This document shows, piece after piece, positions 13,895 through 36,330 of a stretch of 64,000 bases of DNA. Position 1 is the first letter of the stretch. Every line of letters starts with the position of its first letter. A program made the position numbers and the translations under genes. Location of the stretch: contig CM022673.1 in NCBI GenBank assembly GCA_012295275.1, forward strand, positions 7,254,001 to 7,318,000, given 5' to 3'. The notes beneath the pieces are model-generated. The model did not search any database, had not been told where the DNA came from, and worked only from the letters and a program-made list of their open reading frames with translations. This DNA comes from Chrysomallon squamiferum. Its lineage: Eukaryota; Animalia; Mollusca.

Positions 13895-14964
13895 TTTTAA
13901 ATTGTTATTATTATTTTTTTAAATTATTATTGTTATTATTATTTGTTTATTATTTATTTATTTATTTATTTATTTATTATTATGATCTTTCATAATTTTA
14001 TTCATAAACAGATAATAATAAACCAACGTGCACACAACGTTATCAGAATAGATGTTAATGAATGAAAGGGAAGGAATGCTTTCCGTTTTACGGGAGACCG
14101 TTCACAAGCTGGTTTAATTCATTAACTTTAATCGTTGACGTAAAATTTAATTTAATTTGATAAACTAAACAATAAGAAACGATAATAGCTTAACGAATAC
14201 TGGAGGTTTAATTTGTTTTTGTAGTAACGAAAAGTACACAATACGACAGCGTAAAATAATATTTAAAGTTATCAGAACGAGTTAATCATAGAATTCTGAT
14301 TTTACTCAATTACAGGTTGATGGAAATTTATTACTGAAACAGAAAATGTTTGACTGTATTGATTCTTCGGTTTTATTCTCTTAAATGTTCTACAATAAAG
14401 CATCGATTGTTGTCCCACTTTTAGATTTTGTAAAATGTTCAACTGAAAATTATTTGATTTGCATTGTCAAAGTAACGTTCGTTTAAATAACGTAGATTAA
14501 TTATCTTGTACCTAATTAGTGCCATATGTAATTATTTTCTTTTATTGATCGAAATTAACATTGTGGTAGAGTAATAAGCGTAATTCGATAATAAAATTTT
14601 TTTTTTTTTTTTTTTTTTTTTCATCTTTCTTGACGTTATGACTTGATGTATTGTGAGGAAAAACAGAACAAGATCAAGTGTACTGATGACAAGGCGACTC
14701 ACTACAAACTGCTGGAGAAGTAGGGCCTAGTGTGCGTTAACCTGTGAACTGACTGTCATTTTAATGCGACCTTTGCTGAGCCTGAAAAGTCAAACTAATA
14801 TTTCTTTAGCTAATGGCCAAATTTGTTAGGAATTTCAGCAGTTACGACGACCAAATGTAAACAATATTTTATAATTATAGACAACTAACACTTGAACTTT
14901 CACCTTAGTGCGAAATATAAACCAACACATTTTATCGTAAATTTAGAAAAAAATACACGCACGC

Positions 14965-14996
<32 letters not shown>

Positions 14997-15293
14997 TCAA
15001 AACACGCAGTGAAATACACTAGCTTGATACGTTTACGACAGAACGGACGTATTTTAGTTGATAAGACACCCACACGAGTCAAGGTATCAAATCAGTTAAA
15101 GTCGTTTATCATTATAGGTGTGAGTAATTCTATTTGTCGCTATAAATATTTTAAACCTATTCTTGGAAACAACAAAACCATGTAATAAAGATCCTGTTGC
15201 ATTAAGCTTTTAATTTAACAAGGCATATCAAATCAGGAAATCTACATAAATATGAATCATTGTGAAATAAAGTGTGTGTGCGTGCGCGCGCGC

Positions 15294-15328
<35 letters not shown>

Positions 15329-15887
15329 GGGAGAGAGAGAGAGAGGTATAAACGACATTTCTTTATTAATCACATATAAAATACGTACTTTGATCTATAT
15401 CTAGTTATATCTACATGTGTGTATTATTTGTAATCCTGACCAACCAATGGCTTCTAGAATAAACTAGAAATACATGCAGCAGATATAAATACACGTACGC
15501 TTAACATTTTCTGTTGTCTTTTAATCAACCAATTGTAATTTAATTTAATTTCCCTATTTCCTCAAAACAGACCTAGAAAATGCAGGTACGTTATTTAGGA
15601 CACAAAACGTACACAAAATTAATTATGTACCTCCCTATCTCCACACCTCGACACAGTGTCAAACTTTTCAGGTGCCAGATTTCGTATTACTCATCTCATT
15701 CACTGATAACGAGTTGCGATATCCGATATTTCCTTGTTAGTAAATTTCTGCTGCACCGAATAAACTTAACGTGTCCGTATGTGGTGGACATCTTGGCAAC
15801 GTAACCGAGTCGACCACGTAATGACGACTGTGTTACCTCACCTTGTCAAGGAAATACTGTCTAGACAGCTGCCATTAGATACTGACA

Positions 15888-15937
<50 letters not shown>

Positions 15938-16508
15938 TTGAAGAGTAATAAATAAATAAATAATGGGATTATTGAGCGTGCTTACATAGAAAGACGCACG
16001 TACGTTATACATATATGCATACATACATACATACATACATACACACATACATATACAGAGATACATGCATACACACACACTCTGATGATAATTTTCATAA
16101 TGTCATTAACAATAAATAAATCGGATAAATTATTAACCGAACCATTCTTCCAACAAAACATAAATTTTCTAAAATTAAATAAAGAGACATCTAATAATGG
16201 TCCACTGTAAAACTTGGAAGCGTTCTGTCTTCAGCTGAGTGGTTGTATGCTAGCCTCCAGATAACTATCAGTATTTAATAGTGAAACAGTCATTCTAGCA
16301 ATTGCTTCACAGCTGATATAGTAAAAGCCAGATATCTGAAATAAGCATGAACACAACAACAACAAAACGGCTGGAGGTTTCCTATGTTACCATGAGTATT
16401 ATACAAGTAACGACTGTTTGGACTAATTAAAATGTTCATGTATAATATAATGGGTTTAATTATTATCTTTAATAATATCATTATAATATTTGTGTCTGTG
16501 TGTGTGTG

Positions 16509-16596
<88 letters not shown>

Positions 16597-16872
16597 TGTG
16601 TGATGTGTGAGAGTGTGTGTGTGATGAATAGGTTAGAATGATTATAATTAGTACGTTTGCTTATGCTACGGCTGCTACCACTACTACTACTATAACTACT
16701 GCCACTACAACTACTGTCACGTTTTTTTTAGTACTTCTGCTGTTAATATTATTAATATAGGACTAATTATTATTTATAATAACTACTACCACTACTTCTA
16801 CTATTGTAACACTATTATTACTACTGCTGCTGCTTCTTCTATACCTATTGTTGTTATTATTTACATTCCTCA

Positions 16873-16922
<50 letters not shown>

Positions 16923-17069
16923 CAATAAATAAATAAATAAATAAATAAATAAATCAATCAAACAGTCAATCAATCAGTTAATGAACATATTAAATAATAA
17001 TTTAAATAAAAAAAAAATCAATAAAAAAAAAAAAAAAAAACAACATCTTTGTGGTTAGAAGACCCTAAA

Positions 17070-17351
17070 TGACGTCACAATGCAAGCCCACGTCAACGTA
17101 CACAGGTTTGTCATTGTCTAGCGGGTTATTTAATGACTACTAATTTTACGCTGCCACACCACTTCGTACATTTTTTTAAATTAATCAAAAATGAAAAACG
17201 AGGATGTTTCCTTGATACACGGACATAATGTCTGAACGTAGGTGTGCGCGGCAGATATATAAATATTGGTGATTACAAGTTCTATAACTATCACATTTCC
17301 AGTGCTTTGGAAGAAAAGAGAATTAAAAAGATCTTCTGAAGGAGTTACGTG
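17070..17351 (+). promoter_or_regulatory. Putative promoter and non-coding first exon of gene A
   Basis: CRE palindrome TGACGTCA 17070-17077, TATATAAATA 17256-17265, donor G|GTAAGA at 17351/2; matching acceptor tgtag|18895 lies just upstream of ATG 18937. Confidence 0.5.
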
Positions 17352-18721
17352 GTAAGAAAAAACAAATTGTTTTATTGCTAGGTGCATTAATGTTGAAAAC
17401 TATTTCTATACTTCAGCCTATTTTATTATCTTAATGTTGTTGATTTTTTTTTTTTTTTTATTGTTTTTGTTGTTGTTATTAGTAGAAGTACTAGTAGCAG
17501 TATAGATATATAATTTCGTTAATTAATTAATGTTAATAATCCGATTTGTAAGGAATTTTTCATTGTTTAATTTACTCTTTCATTTTAAAAATAAAATTAG
17601 ATTTAATATTAATATTGTAGCAAACTTTAATGCATTTACAGTTTTCATAATAACTTGAAAATTAAAATAACAGATAAAGGATATAAAAAAGTACGTTTAA
17701 CTTTCTTTTGAAGTTAAAACATTTACAGTAAATAGCATTTATAACAAAAATGAGAAAAAAATCTATGAGATGTACTGATTGCATTTGGCAATTTGTGAGG
17801 TACTGTTATCGTTTTCACTGGCATTTACCTTCTTAAGAGTTGATACTAAATATATCGGTGTCTGTTTATGGGAAGGTGTGTATAAAAGTGTTATTCGCGT
17901 AAGAGTAACCCCTACAATAAAGAGACGCGGAGAGTTTCTTTATTATAATTAGAAGTAGTAGTATCAGTAGCAGTAATAGTAGTAGTAGCAGTAGCAGTAG
18001 TAAGTAGCAGTAGTAGTAGTAATAGTATCAGTAATAATAGTAGTAATAGAAGTAGTAGTAGTATTTAGTACAACTTTTAGTGGTATAAAATATAATTTGT
18101 CCAAATTCTTAAATACCGTATGTTGACATTAAATAACTATCTATGTTGACATTAAATAACTATCTATGTTGACATTAAATAACTATCTGCGATCAAATTT
18201 AAAAGCTCCCTTGAAAAGTTTCATTTCAATTACGAATTATTAGTATTTAAAGTAGGCAATAAAACTTTAAATACGAGTAACATTAGTATACAAGTTGCAA
18301 ATGGCTTAATGTGTTAAATACTGTTTCTACGTTTATTCATTACAAATCTGTCTTGTTTTATTGGTCATATTGCTGTATATTTATTTATTTATTTATTTAT
18401 TTGTTTGTTTATTTATTGTTACCTGATTCTATTTTTATATATAATTTCAAAAAAATATTTACTCACACTCTAATTAATTTAAAAATAAGCTTAATATTTT
18501 ACCTTTCGTGCTTGAATTAACTTGAATGTCAACACGTTCAGGCATAACAATAGCGTATGTCGTGCCCTTCCGGCACAAAGCGAAAAGACAATTATTTATA
18601 AAGTGTATATCATAGTTCTCTAAATACAGTTTTTCAGCAATTATTGAAGCATGCAATTCGAAAAATGGCTAAATACTTAAAAATGAAAAAAAATATTTCG
18701 TGCTCAGTTATTACAATTACA

Positions 18722-18798
<77 letters not shown>

Positions 18799-18936
18799 CG
18801 AATTTCCACATCAGTCAAGATTTAACCTGAAAGATTTAACAAAGTCCGTAGTATGTGATTTTGAAAAACGATTTCTTTCTTTAATCTTCTGTAGAGCAGA
18901 TTAATAAAGCAACAACAGCTCCACTCTGAAAGAAAA

Positions 18937-26675
<7,739 letters not shown>

Positions 26676-27706
26676 AAAAAAAAAACAATGAAGAATAACA
26701 GAAGAAATCCAGATAATCGTTTCATTTTAAAATACCCCATTAGCTGAGTCAGTACTAGGTCTTTATATTAGTACCGGTATTTATTTCTTAACTGTATTTG
26801 GAAAGTAGCATTTATATAATATAATATAATATAATATAATATAATATAATATAATATAAAACAATATAATATAATATAATATAATATAATATAATATAAT
26901 ATAATATAATATAATGTAATATACATCATAGTAATGTGTTATATAAGATTGTAAATTACTAATTAAATTGATGAAAGAATGCATTTTTTGTTAAACAATT
27001 GATATTATCTATTATTATATATTATTATTATTATTATTATTATTAATTTCTCTTTATTATATTACATGTAATGAAAAGAATATGTGTAAAACACTAAATA
27101 CTTGATAAGAACAATTTTTTTTTTTTTTCAAATTTCACATTATAAATTATTTCTTTTTGATTTTAACTGTAACAAAGATATCACAAGTTTTTATTTTTAT
27201 TATTATCACCATTATTATTCTGCATCTGAGTTGCTCAACTTTTGCTCAGTCTTTATAAGTAATTCATTATTTACGACGATTAATTTATAGTATTGGTAAA
27301 AGCGACAAAAACGTTTTGATAGCCCTTGTCTCATTTTGTTCCTGTGGTGTACCTTGTACTTCTCTGGATAACTATTATTTTACAATGAAATGTACTGATT
27401 GTCTTGCATCCACAACATGCTTATTTTGATAATAAAATTTTATAGCACAATATCTGTTTGTCATTGTTTTATTATATGGTGGTAGTTATAATCTAATGAG
27501 GAATAAAAGGATAAACGGGATAATCCCTATTTCAAACGTCACAGAACCAGTTCTCTTTAATGAACGCATTGGGATATTTCCCGTTCCAGACATTCCGATT
27601 TAGCAAAGACCGTGATATCTTCTTTCCTGTTTATGGAAAGGCGTTAATCGATAAGACAAGCTCTTGAATTAGAATCAGAGCTTTTTAATTTTTATTATTA
27701 TTATGT

Positions 27707-27746
<40 letters not shown>

Positions 27747-27876
27747 ACATTATGTTTGTCACCTTGTTATTTTAATAATGAAATGTGTTGGAAACCTAAT
27801 TAAATTTTTTTTTAAAAAATTTACATATATAAACACAGATATACATAAAAACGCGCGCGCGCGCTCGCAAACACAC

Positions 27877-27914
<38 letters not shown>

Positions 27915-28747
27915 CTATATATCTGTGTGTTTGTATGTGTATGAATATCACGGGGCGACTAACGCAGTCGCAAGCGATCCGAACTAACACAGTCATCATT
28001 CAACAAAATTAGAAAACCCGCAACGGGCGTAACACTCTTTCCCCCAAAACAGCCTCACCTATATACAGACAGACCTCCCCGTATCGGGTAGATAACTACC
28101 CGATTTCACTCGGCTCTAAGTGTATTCAGAGAACAAGCTCATATATGTATTTGAATTCAGCCAACGTTAAATAAGGATCGTTATTTATCGAGTAAGCTTA
28201 CAACGCTTACGCGGCCGATTGCAAACGGTTTCACCCCACAAAATGACTCTCACCACATAAGCAAACAACAACTAGAGATATTGCATGTGTTTATGCCTCG
28301 AGGTAAAATAGCACACCCCGAGGTGTAATGGAATATGCATGTACATCAGAATAACGTGCTGCTTAACAGGACGTTGACGTGACAGTCAGTTGATAATAAC
28401 ACTACTGTGGTTATGTATGCTTACAATTACTGATGGTCAGTGTTGACCTCAGATTCCCAGCTATTCTCACCCATTGTTACAGTTCACCCATTGTTACAGA
28501 TCGGTCTGATCTCAGATTACCAGCTATCCTCCGACTAAGCTGAAACTCGACCTCTGCTTTTAGGGGGTCTTTTAACATTTCTTTCTCAGAATGGTGCCGA
28601 CACTGGTTGGAAGTTTTTAGCAGACATGCAGACGCTAGTGGGTCCCCCAAAACAACACTTCACCGTAGCTTATACAATGTTCAAGGAAATCTAACATCTA
28701 TTATGTATTAAACAGGAGACTGCTGTCTCTGTCACAGTAAGCGTGCT

Positions 28748-28822
<75 letters not shown>

Positions 28823-30719
28823 GAGAGAGATAAAGAGAGAGAAAGAGAGAGAGAATGTGTGTGTGTGTGTGTGTGTAAAATGATGAGCCTTACGCAATCT
28901 TTTCCGACAACATCCAGAAACTCCACGACTAACCATTGTTAAACGGTGACTCAGATGCTTTTAGTCGTTTAGCTAAATTTAGTATCTTGCATATGTAACC
29001 CTTATTTTTATTGTTAAAAATTCAGTAAGGTGTGGCTAATACATATACATATATATTTTATTATCTTGTAATCCGGGAATAATAATCGGTGATAACAGAC
29101 GACATCACGACTACAACTGTTATGGAGACAAAATGGGGGCGATCATAGGCTTGGTAAAAGTGAGCTTTTCTTGTTATACTTTATAATTAGAAAAGATTGG
29201 GCGTTGTTATTACGAAACTATACACACAGGTTATTTACTGACACTGCTCCGACTGTTCAAAGTACACATTATTTTGGAAGGTAGCACATTAAAGGAATAT
29301 GATGAGTGAAAATATTGTTACATATTTTCCCGAAGATGTTCACTCACGTGTCGTTTTTTTTTTTTTCGGGTTCGTTCATGCATTAAGACAGCATGTGACG
29401 ACAACAAGAATACAACAGCGTTATTTTGATCCGGTTGTCGGCGCCATGTCATGCACTGTTATTGCTCGTTGACTGTAAAATAACTCGAGCGATTATAAAT
29501 TAATACTATGACATAAACGGGTAATCAGGAACATTAGGCAATAAGCCAGTGGGAATCTTAAATAAAGAAAGTGAAATACGCATAATACATTTGGTTTAAT
29601 TTCTCCATTAATATATTTAAAATGAATATTACAAGAGTAAGTAACTGTGAGAATAAATATCTCTATCTATCTGTCTTTCTGAACGTATGTTTGCTTATCT
29701 GTCGATGGATATATATCTGTGTTTCTATCTGTTGATCTGTTTACTAGTCTGTCTATCTATCTGTCTAACAATCTGTTTATCTATATTTTTCTGTCTGTTT
29801 GTCTGTCTGTCTCTCTGTCTACATATCTGTCTATTTATCTGTATGTGTGTATGTGTCTGTCTGGTCTGTCTGTCTGTCTCTCTGTCTGTGTGTCTACTTT
29901 ATTATTAGGTAATACTGAACGACGTTACTAAAACCTACATATTAAACGTATGGAGTTCGAAAAGAGCTCAATCATTTAAAGAAAAGCAACAACCAAAAAG
30001 TAAAAATTTTTTTTTTTCCTCTCTGAAATAATTCAGAAGATTTTTTTTTTCCACCATAATATTAAAGAAAGAAAAAAAAACCCCAACCGTTTATTAATTT
30101 TATTAACAAGACAAAACTGATACACACATGTATAAAATATATCATCAAACTATTTGTTAAACTCTACAGCATATACTTATCACTTACATATCTAAACTGT
30201 GAATGTGATTACGGACACGTAGAGAAAAAGGTGGACAAGGAAGTACTCCTGGTGTTTTAGTGACGACGCAGTAATCTGACAGGTTTCTCATCAGATCGGT
30301 CATTCACTGGACTCTTTCTAGAATGTACCTAAGAAATTTATTTTTTCTTCTTCTTTTATCTATCTACCTATCTATCTATCTATTTATTTATTTACTAATA
30401 CAATAAATTAAAACATTAAGTTGAATCATAAAATGGTAATCGTAAGAGAATATAGAAATTAATTTAATATGATGTGCGAAAGAGATATCAATAATCAAAG
30501 CACGCTTTACGAATGCCTGTTAAACATTTAATAGATGTACATGGTTGTTGTTTTTTTTTTTTTTTTTTTGTATAATAAAGATAATAAAATGAATAATAAT
30601 AAATGGTTTGATGAGATAAAGATATTTAGGTAGCTTTGTTTTTCATAATTACAAAAGACGAAAAGAAAATTAAACTAAAAATTAAAACTGCAGCATTATC
30701 AAAAACTTATTTATAGATT

Positions 30720-30811
<92 letters not shown>

Positions 30812-31364
30812 TTGTGTGTTGCTTTTTATTTAGCTTTTCCCCCATCAGAACATCTTAAATAAATTAGATGCGTTAACCATTAATTTGTCGGATGATTTCG
30901 GTCCTTTATGATTTTAAAACTGACCATGACGTCAACATTGATGTTCCTTGTTTTTATAGTTTGGTTGAAAGATGGATTAATTTGATTTTTCGGTAAGTAA
31001 ATAATATAAATATGTCAATTTATATAACTCTTAATTACAAATAATGACATGCATATTAAGACGTTCTTTTTTTTTTTTTTTTTTTTTTTTTGCTTTTCGT
31101 AATTTTTGGTTTGTCATGTACAAATAACTAGTTATAGACGTAGAGAATAGATATTTACAAAAACAATTTACTAATATTAGTGCAATAATAATGATGATGA
31201 TGATGATGATGATGATGGCAAGAAAATGCAGAAGAAAGAAGATATATGCTTAAATATTCATATGTAATGTAATTTGCAGAGAAAAAGAAAAAGTACGGAG
31301 CTGAGTAAAAAAAAAAACAGAAGAAAAATATTCAATATGGCGTTCAATATGGTGTATGTATGTA

Positions 31365-31396
<32 letters not shown>

Positions 31397-31397
<1 letters not shown>

Positions 31398-31642
31398 CAT
31401 TTGATATAACGATGACGATGACTATGATGATGATGATGAAAATAATAAGAAGAATTAGAAGAAGAAGAGTTAAATAATATCATTAACAAAAATAACAACA
31501 AATAATAACAAAAACCAAAATATCATTTGATATAACGATATGACTATGATGATGATGATGAAAATAATAAGAAGAATTAGAAGAAGAAGAGTTAAATAAT
31601 ATCATTAACAAAAATAACAACAAATAATAACAAAAACCAAAT
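31397..31642. repeat. ~125-bp tandem duplication
   Basis: tcatttgatataacgat...gaagagttaaataatatcattaacaaaaataacaacaaataataacaaaaaccaaa occurs twice. Confidence 0.8.
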
Positions 31643-31778
31643 TATACTGCTTCTAATAATGACAAATGTTCTGTGATAAAAAATTACTAACACATTCAGT
31701 ATCAACATTTATTAACAAGGAAGCAAATTCAAAACTATAAAAATGAATTTTCCCCGTAACTATTCATTCTAAAAGTCT

Positions 31779-31819
<41 letters not shown>

Positions 31820-32308
31820 AGGTGAATCCGGGTCTAACAGATTTGTAGATCCCACCAATCACCTCGCACTATTTAACATTACGAAACAGTACCAGGGCGT
31901 CCCTTTTCGCCATCGTGATATCTGGCAAACAAAAACAAAAAAGAAAACGAAAAAAAAAACGAAGAAAAAACTAAAAATACTGTTTAATAGGCGATGCGTT
32001 GGAGGACGTTAAGATAACAAAAATAAACATTTTTTTTTTGACTCAATCGGTTTGATGAATGTGGTATTTGTTGTTGGCGTTGAGTGGGCTGCTTTAACAC
32101 GAATAGTGTCCAGATAGGTAGGAAATGAGACGGTTTGTTGTTTTATTGTGCGGATGACTTGAAATAATGAAATATGAAATAAAGGAAATAAAAGTGTGTA
32201 TTAATCATGTGTTAATAACTCGCGGCTGGTGTGTGATGTCGACGTGACAGCTGACATTGTTATTACTGTATTACTGTGTTATTATTATTATTATTATCAT
32301 CATCATCA

Positions 32309-32379
<71 letters not shown>

Positions 32380-32394
32380 GTTATTGTTATTGTT

Positions 32395-32428
<34 letters not shown>

Positions 32429-32560
32429 TTCCTGCTTCTGATGATGATGATGTTGATTTTGTTGCAAGAGCAGTTTCGCTATTTAGGTTAATGTTATTAT
32501 TATTTAAAAATAAAAATAAAAGTGTGTGATTTAAGAAGGTAATTTCGAAATAAACATAAT

Positions 32561-32596
<36 letters not shown>

Positions 32597-33234
32597 AACA
32601 ACAACAACAATAATAATAATAATAATAATAATACAAAATCATAATAACAGAAAAAAAAATCATAAATAAATAAATAATTAAAAAGAAAAATCGCTTTCAT
32701 TTTTTTTTTATTATTAAGTACTTATTCTGGTTTGTTTTTATAATCTGATCTGTTCTTTAGGGAATTTGTATGTATGTGAACATTAATTTATTTTTAAATT
32801 ATTATTATCTTTTTTTTATATATATATATATACTTTTCTTGTTGTCGATGTTGTTTTTCACTTCTTAAACACCTGTACCTAAACACAAACTTGTAAAGAT
32901 GAAAGCATTTTTTTTTTACAATATTCCTGTTATAAAATCTATAAGAGGAGACTGAGATATATTTTTGCTGCTTCAAACACTCCTTCTTGTTTTAGAAGGG
33001 CGTAATCATTCTGACATCTATCATTAAACAGTAATATTTAATGTTACTCATACAGAAATTAAACTTAAATCTGTTCTGCTAATTTACATGTTAAGTTAAA
33101 GCGAAGAAAACAGAAGCAGTCTAAACGCTTGAAGAAACGTGTTTTGTGGCACGTGTCTGCTCATTATTTATTTTTTATAAGCATATCTTTATGATTTATA
33201 CCACACACATACACACACAAATAATATTCATAGA

Positions 33235-33365
33235 CACATACATACATACATACATACATACACACTTAGATACATACATACATACATACATAAATGCATA
33301 TACATACACACATAGATACATACATACATACATACATACACACATGCATATACATACACACATGC

Positions 33366-33398
<33 letters not shown>

Positions 33399-33720
33399 CA
33401 CACATAGATACATACATACATACATACATACACACATAGATACATACATACATACATACACACATAGATACATACATACATACATACATACACACATGCA
33501 TATACATGCACACATGCATTTACATACATACATACACACATAGATACATACATACATACATACATACACACATGCATTTACATACATACATACACACATA
33601 GATACATACATACATACATACATACATACATACATACATACATACACACATACATACATACATACATACATACATACATACATACACACATAGATACATA
33701 CATACACACATAGATACATG
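33235..33720. repeat. Compound (TACA)n microsatellite
   Basis: tacatacataca with periodic cacatagata and catgcattta variants. Confidence 0.9.
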
Positions 33721-33797
33721 TCATGGATGCCACGGTTGATCTGAGAAATGAACTCAGAACTTTTTGTATGTCAGCAATGACTTTTTTAAAAAAGGAG

Positions 33798-33855
<58 letters not shown>

Positions 33856-34065
33856 TTTCTAATTCAGGATGTATTTCATATCAAAATGAAAAACAAAAAA
33901 AAAAAAAAAAAAAAAAAAACTTATCTGTTGGGATATGTACATGTCTGTGTATATTGTGTGTGTATCTATTATCCGTGTATACACGCACGTGCATGTCTAC
34001 CTATCTGCGTGTGTATCTTTTTATATTTGTAGTTGTGTGTTTGCCTTCATATCTGCCTGTGTAAG

Positions 34066-34112
<47 letters not shown>

Positions 34113-34923
34113 CTATGCATGCCACAAACATACACGTACACACAAGCAGCAACACGAATTGACTGAACCAAAGATAACGACTTTATTATAACGCATTTGT
34201 ATTTTCCTAAACAAAATTTTAATGTGTGCATAAATCTGTTGCGTTGTTTTCGTTAATACCTCGCTACCCTTATCTGCACCAGAGACTGCGCGTGACATGG
34301 CGTTTCGTGTGCCCATTAATTTTTGTTCGTTGCTTCAGTGATTTCGCCTAGTGCTAATGATATATAAATATGACGTGTGGTTAAGGAAATGTACTAATAA
34401 TGATTAGGGTGTGGGGAAATGGCTATTTTAAACTCATCATTCAAAATTATTATTGTACCTAATTATAATTTTAAATTTTCATTTATGAATACTAATGCCT
34501 GTGTTATTCATTTTCGTATCGTTTTTAAGCTATTAAAATGTGCGAAAAATTTAAATATAAATCAAATAACGTTTCGTAATAGTAGTAGATCGGCAATAAA
34601 TTGCATGCATTTATTTAAATTGGCTAATTATCTGAAATGGTTCTATTTTTTTTTTTTTTTTTTTTTTTTCTTTCTTCATAGCCATATACATATTTTTTTT
34701 TTTTTTTTTTTTTGAAGATTCAAAGATGAAAACGTTTCAGATGAATATCATACAGATGATGTCATCCATTACTTTCGCAAATACTGATAACATCTCTGAG
34801 TTGCAAAATAAATTAAAACTATTACGTCCCATATCTCTGTGTGAGATCTACACGTTTCTTGAATTAATGAAGTATAAATTTCTCTGAAAATTTTAAAGTC
34901 GCTTCCTTAATTTGCGGTCAGTT

Positions 34924-35027
34924 CCATATATGGTCATGGCATGTAGGAGAAGGACACTCACGGGCCTATATATGAAGGCGGATTCGCCTAAAACTTTCAG
35001 CAATCAGAGTAACTTTGAAATCTGAGG
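34924..35027 (+). promoter_or_regulatory. Putative promoter and short non-coding first exon of gene B
   Basis: CArG-type CCATATATGG 34924-34933, TATATAT 34967-34973, consensus donor G|GTAAGT at 35027/8; acceptor acacag|36255 three nt before the ATG. Confidence 0.5.
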
Positions 35028-36075
35028 GTAAGTACCGTTTTTTTTTCACGTAAATCTTTTGTAAGGGATAAGGTATAGAAACGCACGTTTCGTTAATACA
35101 TTTTTAGAAACGTTTTTGTTAGAAAAGATTATTTTTTATTTTTTTTTTTTTTTCGCTTGTTTTTTTTTTTTTTTTGAGGCGGATTTTACATATATGTTTT
35201 AATGACGATGATTCTTAATAATTAATACAGAAAGTAACTATTACACTAGCAGCTGTTTCTTTTTAGAAACAATTATTAAAAGTTTTAAATATTTTTTGTA
35301 AAAGATTTTAAAATTTCGAAATGTTTTGTTTTTTATTACCTTTATACAAACGAAAAATTGCTTTATATTCACCGAATTTATTATAAATAGATATGGCTAT
35401 ACATGACTAAAAAAAAATAGGCACATTAAATAAATAAACAAACAAACAATGAAACAAAAGTATTCTAATAGACATGACAACAGTAATAATAGTAACAACA
35501 GGAAAAACAACACTAATAATTCTGTAAATTATTTCAGTGATAATGATGATATTATTAGCATGTCTGCTATTACAGTTATAACTGTTATTAACTATTGTTT
35601 CTGGGTTGAGTTTTTTATATAAAGATTTAGATTGTAATTAAGATTATAACATTTAATTTTTCTATTGTAATATATCAACATGAATATTGTTTTATTACAA
35701 ACAGGAAAAAAAAAATTCTTTCTTCGATTGAAATAAATTCAGAAACCATTAAATTAAAAAAAATTATGTTTCACCATAATTATTTTTTTTTTTTTTTTTT
35801 TTATTAACTAAACAAGCAGAATATTAACATTAACTTTTATTTAAATAAAAATTTAAAAAAAAAAAAATAGAAATTTATTAACATTATGAACGTTAATATT
35901 TATTTGAATTTTGTTGATTGGTATATTTCTGTTTAAGTCAGTAAATAAAATTTAAAATTTCTTTTTATGCTACAAAATAATCCATTATGAAATTAATATA
36001 CAAATATCTAAATCGATGATTTTTTATTTTTTTTTTTTTATGATTATGGCTATTAATTTGTATATTGTTGTTCTG

Positions 36076-36134
<59 letters not shown>

Positions 36135-36257
36135 CATCATCATCATCATTATCACGGTTGTTGTTAATTTTGTTGGTGCTATATCTTTGAAATATATTAT
36201 CGTGAATCAAACTAAGCTTTTCAAAATTCGTTTTTATTTTATTATTTCACACAGAAA

Positions 36258-36330
36258 ATGAAGTCTCTGGTGGCTCTTCTTATACTAGCGTCTGTTCTTC
36301 AACAGAATAGACACGTCAATGCTTTTGATG
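36258..36330 (+). CDS. Gene B signal-peptide exon
   Basis: acacag|aaa ATG; MKSLVALLILASVLQQNRHVNAFD; G|GTAAGT. Confidence 0.8.

Noticed and set aside
16215-16262. tRNA A-box-like string (agctgagtggtt)
   Set aside because: No B box or cloverleaf; insufficient for a tRNA or SINE call.
30849-30992. AG...GTAAGT-bounded candidate exon
   Set aside because: No convincing open frame or partner exon; could be a UTR or lncRNA exon but is unsupported.
32229-33719. Poly-L/I/Y/N and MYVC/HTYI ORFs here and throughout the ORF track
   Set aside because: Translations of (ATT)n, (TG)n, (AG)n and (TACA)n microsatellites.
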